NCBI GenBank assembly: GCA_977017645.1
Contig: OZ360225.1
Coordinates: forward strand, 139,314,001-139,378,000
Reading direction: 5' to 3'
DNA length: 64,000 bases
Origin: Torpedo marmorata
Lineage: Eukaryota
Shown here: one piece after another, positions 1-12,189 of the stretch
How positions within the stretch are numbered: position 1 is the stretch's first letter
How the letters are laid out: each line of letters begins with the position of its first letter
Program-made: the position numbers and the translations under genes
The notes under the pieces: model-generated
What the model was told of the DNA's origin: nothing
Databases searched by the model: none
The model's input: the letters and a program-made list of their open reading frames with translations, nothing else

Positions 1-91
1 GCTCTTTTATACATTGTGCACGTATGTCTTATTAAATTGTGTGCATTTTTTCCTACGCTCTTTTATACATTGTGCGCGTATGTCTTATTAA
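1..91. repeat. Two near-identical ~35-bp direct repeats (GCTCTTTTATACATTGTGC.CGTATGTCTTATTAA), probably subterminal repeats of a DNA transposon cut by the window edge
   Basis: Copies at 1-35 and 57-91; the element family cannot be determined. Confidence 0.5.
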
Positions 92-271
92 GTTGTGCAC
101 GTTTTTTCCCATGCTCCAGACTCGTCTCTCATTTTTAGTTTTATTATAATTTTTCTCTCTTGATTACCTGAGCTCATCTTCAGTTGGCGTAGAGAGGGCA
201 AACATTGCAAGGGGTTTAAAGTGACTAATAGCTTTGCTAATCTTAAATGCATTTGGCATACACTAGAATCC

Positions 272-1052
272 ATGGTCTCAGGCTCAGGCCAGAAACGTTG
301 GTTATACAGTCATACGCCACATAACGTCCGTTCGGGCAACGTCCGACTGCATATACATCCGTGGTCGGGACGTAGCGGACGTATATGGAACGAGCTGCCA
401 GAGTAAGTGCCAGAATCCGGGTCAACTGTATGGTTCAAAAGGCACTTAGGCAGGGACATGGAATAGGGAGGCTTTGTGGTATATGGGCAGAATGCAGGCC
501 ACTAGAGCTGGCTGGTCGGCGTGTTCAAGCAGGACTGCCGAACAATATGGTTCTGTGCGGCGGTGGCAGGTGAAGCGCGATCAGAGCAACAGTAATGGGA
601 ATTGCCATATTGAAGAAAATCTGCAATTAACAAGACAATGTGTGAACATGAAGCTGAATGTAAACAGAGACAGCTTTGTGAGGTGGTAAATGTGGAAAAG
701 AAAATCAACATCCGATAACAGGGAGATTAAAGTCCTGGGGCACAAATTATACACGACCTGACTTCGGAAGGAAAGAGCTGCCAGATACATTAGTTGAAAT
801 ACAGCACTGTATGTGTACAGTATCTTGGCTATTTAGTCAATACATGTACACTACAGTATCTCATATAGCTTTGCTAAGTATATAATATAGTGTTCGCACA
901 ACGTCCAAATCGCATAACGTCCAATTTCACAGAACGTATCGTGGACTGTACAGTATATGTTTGCATCCTGTGGACATTGCATGACCTGCTGAGTTTCTCC
1001 AGCACTTTTGTGTATTAACTACAATCACAGTGTCTGCAGACTTTCTTGTTTC
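272..1052 (+). mobile_element. Penelope-like element 3' tail remnant (272-306 plus 951-1052) interrupted by the MITE
   Basis: GGCTCAGGCCAGAAACGTTGGTTATA continues after the MITE as ...GACCTGCTGAGTTTCTCCAGCAC...; same tail as at 51450 and 58530. Confidence 0.55.
307..948. mobile_element. Non-autonomous TcMar/Tigger-like DNA transposon (MITE)
   Basis: TA|CAGTCATACGCC...GGACTG|TA ends, repeated ACGTCC/GGACGT subterminal motifs at both ends, right TIR partly deleted; splits a Penelope-type tail at a TA. Confidence 0.6.
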
Positions 1053-1096
1053 ATTCCATGGTCTGTTATATTTTTTTGTTCTCCCAAGTCATTGTT

Positions 1097-2176
1097 TTTT
1101 TTTGTTTCTTTAAAAAAATATTTTATTTAAAAATTTTAAATCACAGAATACATAATATAAAATGCAAAATTATCAAAATACATGTGATACATTTTCACCC
1201 CCCCTCCCTCCCTCCCATCCCTAACCCTCCCACCCCTACTAATCTACTAAAATAGAAAAGAAAGAAAGAAAAAGATAGAGTAAGGAGAAATTCAATCTAA
1301 AAAAGAACAACTATAAGCTCATTTTATTGTGGAAGATAGGTTCGCCAGTCAGATCTGATATCCAGAGATCTTCAAATCCTTAAACCAACAGTTTTTATAT
1401 ATGGGCTCCATATTTTCAAAAAGAAATGATATTTATTACGTAAATTATAAGTAATTTTTTCAAGTGGTATACATGAACGAAGTTCTGCATGCCATCTTTC
1501 TAACCCTAAATCTACATCAGATTTCCATGTAATAGCAATGCATTTCTTAGAAACAGCTAAAGCAATTCGTAAAAATTCTATTTGATACATATTTAATTTC
1601 ATCTTAATACTAATTCTTTTAATATCTCCAAACAAAAATATCATAGGGTCCATTGGAAGTGTAATACTTAGTACTTTATCTAAAAATTTTTTAACTTTCA
1701 ACCAAAAATCATATATCTTTGGGCAGAACCATGTAGAAGTACAAAAGAACCTTCCTCTCTATTACATCTAAAACATAAACCTGATAATGTCGGATTAAAT
1801 TTCTTTAATTTTTTAGGTGTTAAGTATAATTGATGAAAAAAATTATATTGCACTAGTCTATATCTAACGTTAATAATCTTCGTCATACTTAGTTTACATA
1901 ATTCTTTCCAATGTTCTTCGTCTATTGTTACATTCAAATCTGATTCCCAATTTAATCTTGATTTGTGAGTTCCTAATTTAGGCATTTTTCTCTGTAACAA
2001 TCTATACATTTGAGAAATAAATTTATTTACACCTCCATTAGTAACTAATAATTCCAGTTCACTTTGTCTTGGTAAAGTCAAACTATAACCCAACCTTTCA
2101 ACTAAAAATGCTCTGATTTGATAATAAGCAAAAAGTGTATTGTTTAATACATTAAACTTTTCTTTCATTCTTTAAA
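1097..2176 (-). mobile_element. 5'-truncated L1-clade LINE (3' ORF2, G-rich 3'UTR, poly-A)
   Basis: 16-bp TSD CTCCCAAGTCATTGTT at 1081-1096 and 2177-2192; ORFs 1372-2168 match the C-terminus of ORF2 at 22232-25393 (CFRC zinc knuckle). Confidence 0.93.
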
Positions 2177-3575
2177 CTCCCAAGTCATTGTTAATGGATG
2201 TTCCAGTTTGTGTGTTTCCTGTAGAATTATCTTTGCACTAGTTCCTGACTAAACTTGGCAGGAAGCATGTAGTGCAAGATAATGAGAAACATCAATAGCA
2301 AGAATAGAGTGTTCTTTCTTTTCCTCACTGAGCACTGAAGATAAACCTTAAACCTTTTGTACAAGTGGGATTTGCATATGTAGTTGAAGGTGTGGTGTGC
2401 AGTGCTGCAAGCTAAATTTTACAGTAATTCGTACAAATTGATTGTGGCAGATAATTGCATAGTGGTGAATGTCTTGATGTGAGCTGATTAGTGTCATAAA
2501 ACAGGTGCAGGAATCATCTTGTCAATGGCTAAACATTGGCAGAATTCTGCTAATCTGCTACTACAGAACAAATCTATAGGGTTTGATATGCTCACATCAA
2601 TAGTGTGTTTACCTTAGAAGGAAAGACTGGTGGTTCTGTATGTATCAGAAGGTACTTAACATTTGAAAATAAACTGTGCAAATGTGTTCAGTTTTGGAAG
2701 TGGTTGAAACTCCTCTGTGACCATAGTTCTCTTCTTTTACCTGTTGTTAATTATGTTATGAATTATTCTGTTATGGAAGATTGTTGAGAATGGGTTTTGG
2801 TGCTTTGCAGTGGAAGGAATGAAATGAAAATTCAAAGGTTGATGCCATTGAAATACTCTGTGCATTTTCTCTTGCATCACTCAAAATTACTGGATAACTG
2901 ACAGATTGGTGCCAGAAATAAATAATTGGGGCAGCCCTACTGGTGCACTTAAAAACAACTACATCATCATGTTTTGAATTTTTATCCCCCCTCTCTTGGT
3001 CTGAAAATGAGTGATGCATCCTGTGATCAGCGAAATAAAATAACAGCAGTCTATCAGATTCCTAAGTTACCAAGGCATCTCAAAAAGTGTTAGCAAAATA
3101 GTTGTTAGTGATAACCTGTGGAGACTGAGCTGCAGGAACAACTGTACGTTGGCTGGCTAGTTGGCAAACTGTATATCAATGGCAGAAATCCTAAAAAGAA
3201 ACCTGGGAGAACATGCTGTTATGTTAGATGTGGAGATGTTGTCAAAAGTGAGGCAAAAGTCATGTGGTTACAGCTGTTTTATTGGATGTTTATCATAGTA
3301 CAGGTCTGATAGGGTCAGCCTGAACAAGCCAGCAGGCAGGCAAGTAAGTAACAAAGGCACCTGACTACATGCTTTCTTTTTACCCTGAAAACTGGTCTCA
3401 AACCGGGTCAGATTAGAAACCTGTTGAACTGATTTTGTCTGAGTCAGCTTCAGTTTTGTAGTCAAACAGACGATTATACAAACATGAGCATCACTCATGA
3501 TGGTGGGAGAACTCAGCAGGTCAGGCAGCATCCACATAAGGCATTAGATAATCAATGTTTATGAAACATATAACC

Positions 3576-6148
3576 TTTATTACCGAAAACTTTTTTGAAT
3601 GCTATTATTACAGTTATACCAAAGAAAGATAGAGATGTATTAAAAACTGAGTCATATAGACCTATATCATTGTTAAATGTAGATTATAAAATAATGGCAA
3701 AAATTTTGACAAATAGATTAGCTAAGTATTTACCGATTTTAATACATTCAGATCAAGCAGGATTTATTAAAAATAGATATTCGAAAGATAATATAGCAAG
3801 ATTAATAAGTTTAATTAATTTGCAAAAAAGGAAACAAGATTTGCCGTTGGTGATAACATTAGACGTGGAAAAAGCATTTGATAGATTAGAATGGAATTTT
3901 TTATTTAAGGTCAGAGAAATATGGATTTGGGAATACTTTTATAAATTGGATTAAAACTATATATAAAGAACCTACAGCTAGAGTAATTACAAATGGTCAA
4001 ATATCATCTAAATTCCCCTTGATGAGGTCAACAAGACAAGGATGTCCTTTATCACCTGCTTTATTTGTATTGGCAATAGAACCGTTGGCTGAAATGATTA
4101 GGAAAGACATTAATATAAATGGGATTAAAGTAGGTACAGAAGAACATAAAATTAGTTTATTTGCAGATGATGTATTAATATATATGACGAAATCTATTGT
4201 ATCACTTCAACAATTAGCTAAGATATTGAGGGAGTATGGTGAGATATCTGGTTATAAAATAAATTCGGATAAGAGTGAGATAATGGCTTTATCTCAAGGA
4301 GATTATACTAAATGTAAAGAAGTTACAGGATTTAAATGGGGTAAAGAAGGAATTAAATATTTGGGAGTTAAAGTAGATACAAAATTGGAAAATTTATATA
4401 AATTAAATTATATACCTTTATTTCAGAAAATAAAGAAAGATTTGGAGAATTGGAAAGATTTACCTATAACTTTAATGGGAAGAGTGAATTGTATTAAAAT
4501 GAATATTTTTCCAAGAGTTCAATACCTTTTTCAATCTATTCCTTTTGGAATTCCTCAAAATTTTTTTAAAGATTTAAAAATTATTATTAGGAAATTTTTA
4601 TGGAAGGGAAAATTAGCGAGAGTAAGTATGGATAAATTAACTTGGAATTATGAGATGGGTGGATTACAACTCCCCAATTTTCTATATTATTATAAGGCAG
4701 CTCAATTAAAGTTTATTAATGAATTTTTTGATTTAACTAAATCTACTGCTTGGATTAATATAGAATTGAATAATATAGGGGAGAGATATAAAGAAGATAT
4801 TATTTATAAATGGAATTCTAAATTATTATTAGTTAAAAAGAAAAATTCACCGATTATTAAACATTTGTTGGAAATTTGGACACAGTTAGACAATGAGATA
4901 GGACGAAAAGGGTTATTATCTCCAAATACGCCATTGTATCAGAATTTACTAATACCTTTTTCTATTGATAATCAATTTTTAAAAATATGGTTTTAAAAAG
5001 GAATTAAGAAGATTAAAGATTGTTTTGAGGCTGGAAGATTTGTTACATTTTCCAGACTGAAAGAAAAATTTGGAATATTGGATAATACAATTTTAGCTTA
5101 TTATCAGGTTAAAGGATTTTTAGTTGAGAAATTGGGGAATCAATTAATAGCTCCAAGACAGGATGGATTAGAATTATTAATTACTAATGGAAATGTTAAT
5201 AAATTTATATCACAAATGTATAAATTACTTCAGAGAAAAATGCCTACGGTAGGATTTCATAAATCAAGATTAAGATGGGAATCAGATTTAAATATTAGTA
5301 TAGATGAAAAACATTGGAAAGATTTATGTAAATTGAGTATGACTAAAATTATTAATGTTAGGTATAGATTAGTACAATATAATTTTTTTCACCAATTATA
5401 TTTGACACCTAAAAAATTAAAGAAATTTAATCCGGCATTATCAGATATGTGTTTTAGATGTAAGGATGAAATTGGTTCGTTTGTTCATTCAACATGGTTA
5501 TGTTCTAAAATTAAGGATTTTTGGTCTAAGGTTAAAGATTTTTTGGATAGAATTTTTAATATTACGGTTCCAATGGATCCTATGTTATTTTTATTTGGAG
5601 ATATTAAAAATTTAGTATTAGAAATAGATTAAATATGTATCAAATAGAATTTTTGCGAATTGTTTTAGCGGTTTCAAAAAAATGTATTGCCATTACTTGG
5701 AAATCAGATTTAGATTTGAATTTAGATAGATTGCATGCAGAATTACGTTCATGTATACCATTGGAAAAGATTACATATAATTTACGTAATAAATATCATT
5801 TCTTTTTGAAAATTTGGAGCCCATATATGAGAATTATGGGTATGAATTAATTCTCTAGAAGTCGGCTCCGCTGGCGAAATTAACCTCCAATATATAAATA
5901 GAATTAGCTTGTAATTTGTTTTCTCCTCACTTTAATTCTTCTATTCTTTATTATTCAACTTTTTTCTTTTTTTATATAATCTTTTTTTTTTCCTTTTTTT
6001 TTTAGAGTAGTGGTGGGGGGGTTGGGGAGGGGAGGGTGGGAGGGGGGGAGGAAATATATCACATGTACTTGGAATGATATATTATTTTTGATCTTTGTAT
6101 TTTGTGATTTTAAAAATTTAAATAAAATTATAAAAAAAACCAAAAAAA
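3576..6148 (+). mobile_element. 5'-truncated L1-clade LINE, frameshifted RT and C-terminus
   Basis: TSD AAACATATAACC at 3564-3575 and 6149-6160; RT motifs YRPISLLNVD, RQGCPLSP, LFADD; AATAAA plus poly-A. Confidence 0.93.
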
Positions 6149-6985
6149 AAACATATAACCAAGCATAAGGAAAGCAACAAGGAAAACAGAATAAAACAAC
6201 AATCTGGACCTACTCCAAGGCCAGTCACCTCAGATGTTGTTGTAATTATTTCAGCCAGGGGAATGTCCCACGTTGTGAAGGCTTTTGGAGTATTCATTTC
6301 TGGAGCTGCTTTTGTTCAGAAAAGAATTAACTTTTAAGAATCCGAGGTACTGCATGGAGAGCTTCTCCAATGCAACGTGATTGAGATTTGGGGCATGATG
6401 CCTGATGCAGATGTAATCAGGGTCTTCAAAATGGAGCTGAATAAACCTGCAAATAAATGAGGCAAGACCTAGAAGTTGGTCCAAGCCTGTACAGACTCAG
6501 TGGGTTGGATGCCTATCCCCTGCATTGTCCAAAAGAGCAAAAGCGCAAACAGCAAAGACACACAGTTGTCAATCATAAGAATTAATTTAAAATCTGAAGT
6601 TAATAAAGCTTTTCCACTAAAGTTGTTGGGTCAAAGAATAACCAAGATCGCATTGAATTATAGAATAGCCTGCAGGTTTCTCTTGTTCCAATTGTTCAGC
6701 CAAAATAATTATTTTTACAATTCCATTTATTCTTTCTTGAGGAATTCGTACAGTATATCCAGGCGCTGAGATTACTGGCCCCCAGCAGCCACAGTCACTA
6801 TCCTATATGCCAGGTTTAATTTCAGCCAATGAAGTTTTGTTTTCTCCATCCCCATTGACTTTACTGGAATTCATAATTTAATTAGCAAGATGGATGCATT
6901 TTCAGGAGTTACTGAACAATAAATAGGATGAAAACCTGGAGTGTTTCTCACTATTTATCCCCTTTATAGTGTTAGCAAAATAGTT

Positions 6986-7233
6986 GTTTATAGCACCAAT
7001 AGCCTGAATACAACTGGGATTGTCTGATCTCAGAAGCTAAGCAGGCACAGGACTGGTCAGTACTTGGAGGGGAGACCGCCAAGGAACACCAGGTGCTGTA
7101 GGTTTCTGTGAGGGGCGCTAGACAAAATAGCGACCCTTTGTCTGCCTTACGGTAGACAAAAATTAAAGAATTTCATGTATGTTACATTCTAAAAAAATGT
7201 AGTATTACGTGACAATAATGGAACCTTTACCTT
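6986..7233 (+). mobile_element. 5S rRNA-derived SINE (SINE3-like): diverged 5S head 6986-7105 plus ~130-bp unrelated body and tail
   Basis: GTCTGATCTCAGAAGCTAAGCAGG...AGTACTTGGAGGGGAGACCGCC...GGTGCTGTAGGTTT is colinear with vertebrate 5S rRNA over 120 nt with many substitutions; ends GTGACAATAATGGAACCTTTACCTT. Confidence 0.75.
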
Positions 7234-8180
7234 AATTACTGGGATCACACTTAACATCTTTACTGCAGACTTAAACAAAACTTGGTTCATTTTACCACTT
7301 TTCTCCTGGGTTGTACAGTGCAACATGCTATCAGACCGCACTGAATCTATTGGGGAAAGCAGGATATTTTCGTTTTAAATTGATTTTTAATTCACTTTAG
7401 TCTATGCATTTTAACTCAGTAATAAATGTTCCAATTACGTAATTCCATTTTAATTAACAACATATCAGAAAATAAAGTATTTGAATTGCAAGGCATTTAT
7501 TTCCGAAGATACAAAGTTTATCTGAAATGCGCATGTTATTCAGAAAATATAAGAACACTTATTCAAGTAGCATCAGTGGATAGATGATGTTTTAACAGAT
7601 TCAGTGTTAAAGAATATCAGGGTGGAAGGAGAAAAGAAACCGATTAGTCAATATAGAACCAGAGAACATTACAGCACAGAAAACAGGCCCTTCGGCCCTT
7701 CTAGTCTGCACCGAACTATTATTCTGCCTGCTCCCACTGACCTGCACCCAGTCCATATCCTTCCATACCCCTCCCATCCATGTACCTGCCCAGATTTTTC
7801 TGAAATGTTAAAATTGAGCCCACTTTCACCACTTCAGCTGGCAGCTCGTTCCATACTCCCACAACTCTCTGGGTGAAGAAATTCCCCCTAATGTTCCCCT
7901 AAACTTCTCCCCTTTCACCCTTAACCCATGTCCTCTGGTTTGTATCTCACCTAACCTCAGTGGAAAAAGCCTACTTGCATTTACTGTACCTATACCCATC
8001 ATAATTTTGTATACCTCAATCAAATCTCCCCTCATTCTTCTATGCTCCAGTCAATAAAGTCCTAACCTTTCCCTTTAATTCAGTTCTTCAAGTCCTGGCA
8101 ACTTCCAGCAAATCTTCTCTGCACTCTTTCAATTTTATTGATATCTTTCCTGTAGTTAGTGACCAAAACTGTACACAATC

Positions 8181-8303
8181 TGTTCAAAACGTACCCGGGG
8201 TGTAGGTTAATGGGGTGTAAATTGGCCGGCACAGACTCGTAGGGCCGAATTGGCCTGTTACAGTGCTGTATGTCTAAACTTTAAAAAAAAATTAAAAATT
8301 TAA
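8181..8303 (+). mobile_element. V-SINE/HE1-like 3' fragment inserted in CR1
   Basis: Matches the 3' half of the SINE at 19240-19435 (GTAGGTTAAT.GGGTGTAA...GGCCTGTTAC.GTGCTGTATGTC) plus an A-rich tail. Confidence 0.7.
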
Positions 8304-8704
8304 TGATCCAAATTTGGCTTCACCAATGTCTTGTACAACTTTGCCATAACATCCCAACTCCTGCCCTCAATACCGATGAGCCAAAAGCTCTCTTTACAAC
8401 CCTATCTACCTGTGATGCCACTTTAAGAGAATTATGTATCTGTATTCCCAGATCCCTCTGTTCTACCTCACTCCACAGTGCCCTATCGTTTACTGTGATT
8501 GCCCTATCTTGGTTTGTCCTTCCAAAATGCAACACCTCACATTTGTCTGCATTAAATTCCATCTGCCATTTTGCAGCCCACTTTTCCTGCTGGTCCAGAT
8601 TCCTCTGCAGGCCTTGAAAGCCTTCCTTGCTGACCACTATAGACCTCCAATCTTTGTGTCATCTGCAAACATGCTGATCCAATTTACCACATTATCATCA
8701 AGAT

Positions 8705-9080
8705 CAGTGGTTTTCAAACTGCCCCCCTAAACTCACATTCCATCTTAAGCAATCCCTATGCCATAAGTGCTCTGTGAATAGTAAGGAATTGCTTAATGTG
8801 GTATGTGAGTGGAAAGAAAAAGGTTTGAAAATCACTGTTTTAATCGTACCTAATTGACTCGTTAAGTGCACGGTTTCATAACTCCAAAGGAAATGGGCCA
8901 ATGACAATTTTTCTCAAGCAAAATATTTCAGTAACAGTTGGGTCTAGAGCAGTGGTTCTCAACCTTTCCTTCCTACTCACATACCACCTTAAGCAATCCC
9001 TTACCAATAACAGAGCACTTATGGCATAGGGATTGCTTAAGGTGGAATGTGAGTTTAGGGGGGCAGTTTGAAAACCACTG
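8705..9080. mobile_element. hAT-type non-autonomous element (composite MITE), copy 1
   Basis: TIR CAGTGGTTTTCAAACT / AGTTTGAAAACCACTG; 8-bp TSD ATCAAGAT / ATCTAGAT. Confidence 0.88.
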
Positions 9081-9635
9081 ATCTAGATCATTGATATAGA
9101 TGACAAACAACAATAGACCCAACACTGATCCTTGAGGCACACCACTATCATGGGCCTCCACTACCACTCTCTTGCTTCTCCCATAAAGCCAATATCGAAT
9201 CCAGTTTACTACCTCACCATGAATACCGAGTGACTGAACCTTCCTGAGTAACCTCCCATGTAGGATCTTGTCAAAAGCCTTACTAAAGTCTATGTAGACA
9301 ACATGCACAGTCTTTCCTTCATCAATATTCCTGGTAACCTCCTCGAAAAACTAAGATATGTTAAACACAATCCATCACGCACCCTAATCAGTCCCTGACT
9401 ATCTAAATACAAGTATATCCGATCTCTTGGAACACCTTCCAATAACTTACCTACTACTGATGTCAGGCTCACCGGCCTATAATTTCCTGGGTTATTTGTG
9501 GGATCTTTTTTAAACAACGGAAGAATATGAGCTACCCTCCAATCCTCCGGCACCTCACCTGTGGCTAAGGACATTTTAAATATATCTGCCAGGCCCCTGT
9601 AATGTCTGCACTAGCCTCCCTCAAGGTTCGAGAAT

Positions 9636-11750
9636 ATAAGAATCAGAATTTATTGTCATGAACAAGTCATGAAATTCGGTGTTTTGCGGCAGCATCATAG
9701 TGCAAACATTCATATTATAACCATCTTATGACAGTACTATAAAAAAAAAAAATAGTGCACGAAAAGTAAGGCAGTGTCTTTGGTTCATTGATTATTCAGG
9801 AATCTGATGGCAGCGGGGAAGAAGCTGTCCTTGTGATGTTGAGTGCTCGTCTTTAGGCTCCTGTACCTTTTTCCCGATGGTAGCAGAGTGAAGAGGGCAT
9901 GGCCTGGGTGGTGGGGGTCTTTGAGGACAGAGGCTGCTTTTTTAAGACACCGTCTCGTGTAGATGTCCTCGATGGAGTGAAGTCTGGTGCCTGTGATGTC
10001 ACAGGCTGAGTTAACAACCCTCTGGAGTTTATTCTTGTCCTGAGAGTTGGTGCCTCCATACCAGGCAGTGATGCAACCAGCCAGAATGCTCTCCACGGTA
10101 CACCTGTAGAAGTTTACGAGAGTCTTCGGTGACATACCAAATCTCCTCAGACACCTCACAAAGTATAGCCGCTGACGAGCCTTCTTTGTGATTGCATCAA
10201 CGTGGAGGCTCCAGGACAGATCCTTGGAGATGTTGACACCCAGAAATTTGAAGTTCTTGACCCTCTCCACTACTGAGCCCTCAATGAGGACTGGGTCGTG
10301 TTCCCCTGACTTCCTCCTGAAGTCCACAATCATCTCCTTGGTTTTGCTGACGTTGAGCTCAAGGTTGTTGTCGTTACACCATTCAACGAGCTGATCTATC
10401 TCCCTCCTGTACGCTTCCTCATTGCCTTTTGTGATTCTGCCGACAACTGTGGTGTCATCGGCAAACTTGTAGATGGCATTGGAATTGTGCCTGGCCACAC
10501 AGTCATGGGTGTATAAAGAGTAGAGCAGTGGACTAAGCACGCATCCTTGGGGTGTGCCTGTGTTGATAATCAGTGAGGAGGAGACGTTGTTTCCAATTCG
10601 TACTGACTGTGGTCTTCCGATGAGAAAGTCAAGGATCCAGTTGCAGAGTGGGGTACAGAGGCCTAGAGTTTGTAGCTTCTTGACCAGCACTGAGGCCGAG
10701 CTGTAGTCGATGAAGAGCAGCTGTATGTATGAATTGCTGTTTTCGAGGTGATCCAGGGATTCTAGTAGGCACTGTTTTGTTCTTCTCAAAGCGGGCATAG
10801 AAGGTGTTCAGCTCATCGGGTAGTGAAGCATCACAGCCGTCTATAGTGTTCACCCTCGCTTTGTAGGCTGTAATGGCCTGCACTCCCTGCCATAGCTGGC
10901 GTGTATCTGTCTCTGTCTCTAGCTTCCTCCGGAATTGCCACTTTGCTTCAGAGATGGCCTTCCGCAGGTCGTTCCTGGACTTCTTGTAAAGATCCCTGTC
11001 CCTGGCCTTAAACGCCCTTGTTCTCGCCCTCAGCAGGTTGCGAATTCTCTGATTCATCCAGGGCTTTTGGTTGGGGAACACCCGGTATTTGCGCGTTGGC
11101 ACACACTCATCCACGCAGGTCTTGATGAAGTCGGTGACACCTGTTGCATATTCATTCAGGTCTATGGATGAGTGCTTGAATATGTTCCAGTCCACCGATT
11201 CAAAGCAGTCCTGCAGACGCTCCTCCGCCCCCCTCGACCATACTTTAGCCGTCCTCACCACTGGTGCTGTGGTCTTCAGTCTCTGCTTGTACGCCGGGAG
11301 TAGAAGTACAGCCAGGTGATCAGACTTGCCGAAGTGCGGTCGTGGGATGGCTCGGTATGCGTTCTTCACGGTGGTGTAGCAGTGGTCGAGTGTTGGTTCC
11401 CCTGGTCTCGCATGTGATATGTTGGTGGTAGTTTGTCAGTGACTTCTTCAGATTGACCTGATTGAAGTCTTCCACAATGATCGGGAAGGCATCAGGATGT
11501 GTTGTCTCATGGCTGTTTATCACAGTGCTCAGTCCCTCCAGTGCCAGCCTGACGTTAGCCTGGGGCGGAATGTACACTGCGACCAGGATGAAGGCGGTGA
11601 ACTCCCTCGGCAGATAGAATGGGCGACACTTGATCACCAGATGTTCCAGGTCGGGGAAGCAGGACTGGGACATGACCGTCACGTCTGTGCACCACGATGA
11701 ATTGATGATGGCACAAATGCTGCCTCCCCTGGTTTTTCCAGACCCTGGGG
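9636..11750 (-). mobile_element. Rex1/Babar-like non-LTR retrotransposon, 5'-truncated with internal deletions
   Basis: APE fragment (AVYIPPQAN, GKSDH), RT motifs [11 protein letters not shown] and KFADD, C-terminus [10 protein letters not shown]; 3' end CATGACAATAAATTCTGATTCT. Confidence 0.88.
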
Positions 11751-12189
11751 ATTGATACACCTTTATTCGCTTTACAGAGCATACTCTGTAATTGTTTCCA
11801 GATTTATTTGAAAGTGACCTTGTCACAATCTCCTCATTAATCTATTGTAATAATGATTCAAATAGTAGTCTACAATAATTTGTATCTGTGGTGCAGTTTC
11901 TTTTCTGTATCTGGGCACTGTAAGTGTCTTTGTTCAGAAAATAACTGAAGCAGGAAATGCTCCTGTGTGATCGCTGATAACTGCTTGTTTGACATATTCT
12001 CTTTAATATCTCATGTTGGGAGTAGGTTGCTTATGGTAGCTCCATACAAAGTTACTGAGCCGATTGCGATTTAAATGCCATTTATAAAACAAATAATTGC
12101 AATTTATGGAAGCTTTGAAGTTTTAACAAACTTTCAAGGAGAACAAATCACAAAAAAAAAAGATTTCCTGCTAAGATATGCCAGACATT

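Larger units (their letters stand above)
7640..9630 (-). mobile_element. Degenerate CR1 LINE (RT and 3' end) carrying nested SINE and MITE insertions
   Basis: ORF fragments [54 protein letters not shown] are typical of CR1 ORF2. Confidence 0.9.

Noticed and set aside
6986-7105. Functional 5S rRNA gene
   Set aside because: Many substitutions, solitary, no T4 terminator, fused to a SINE-like tail.
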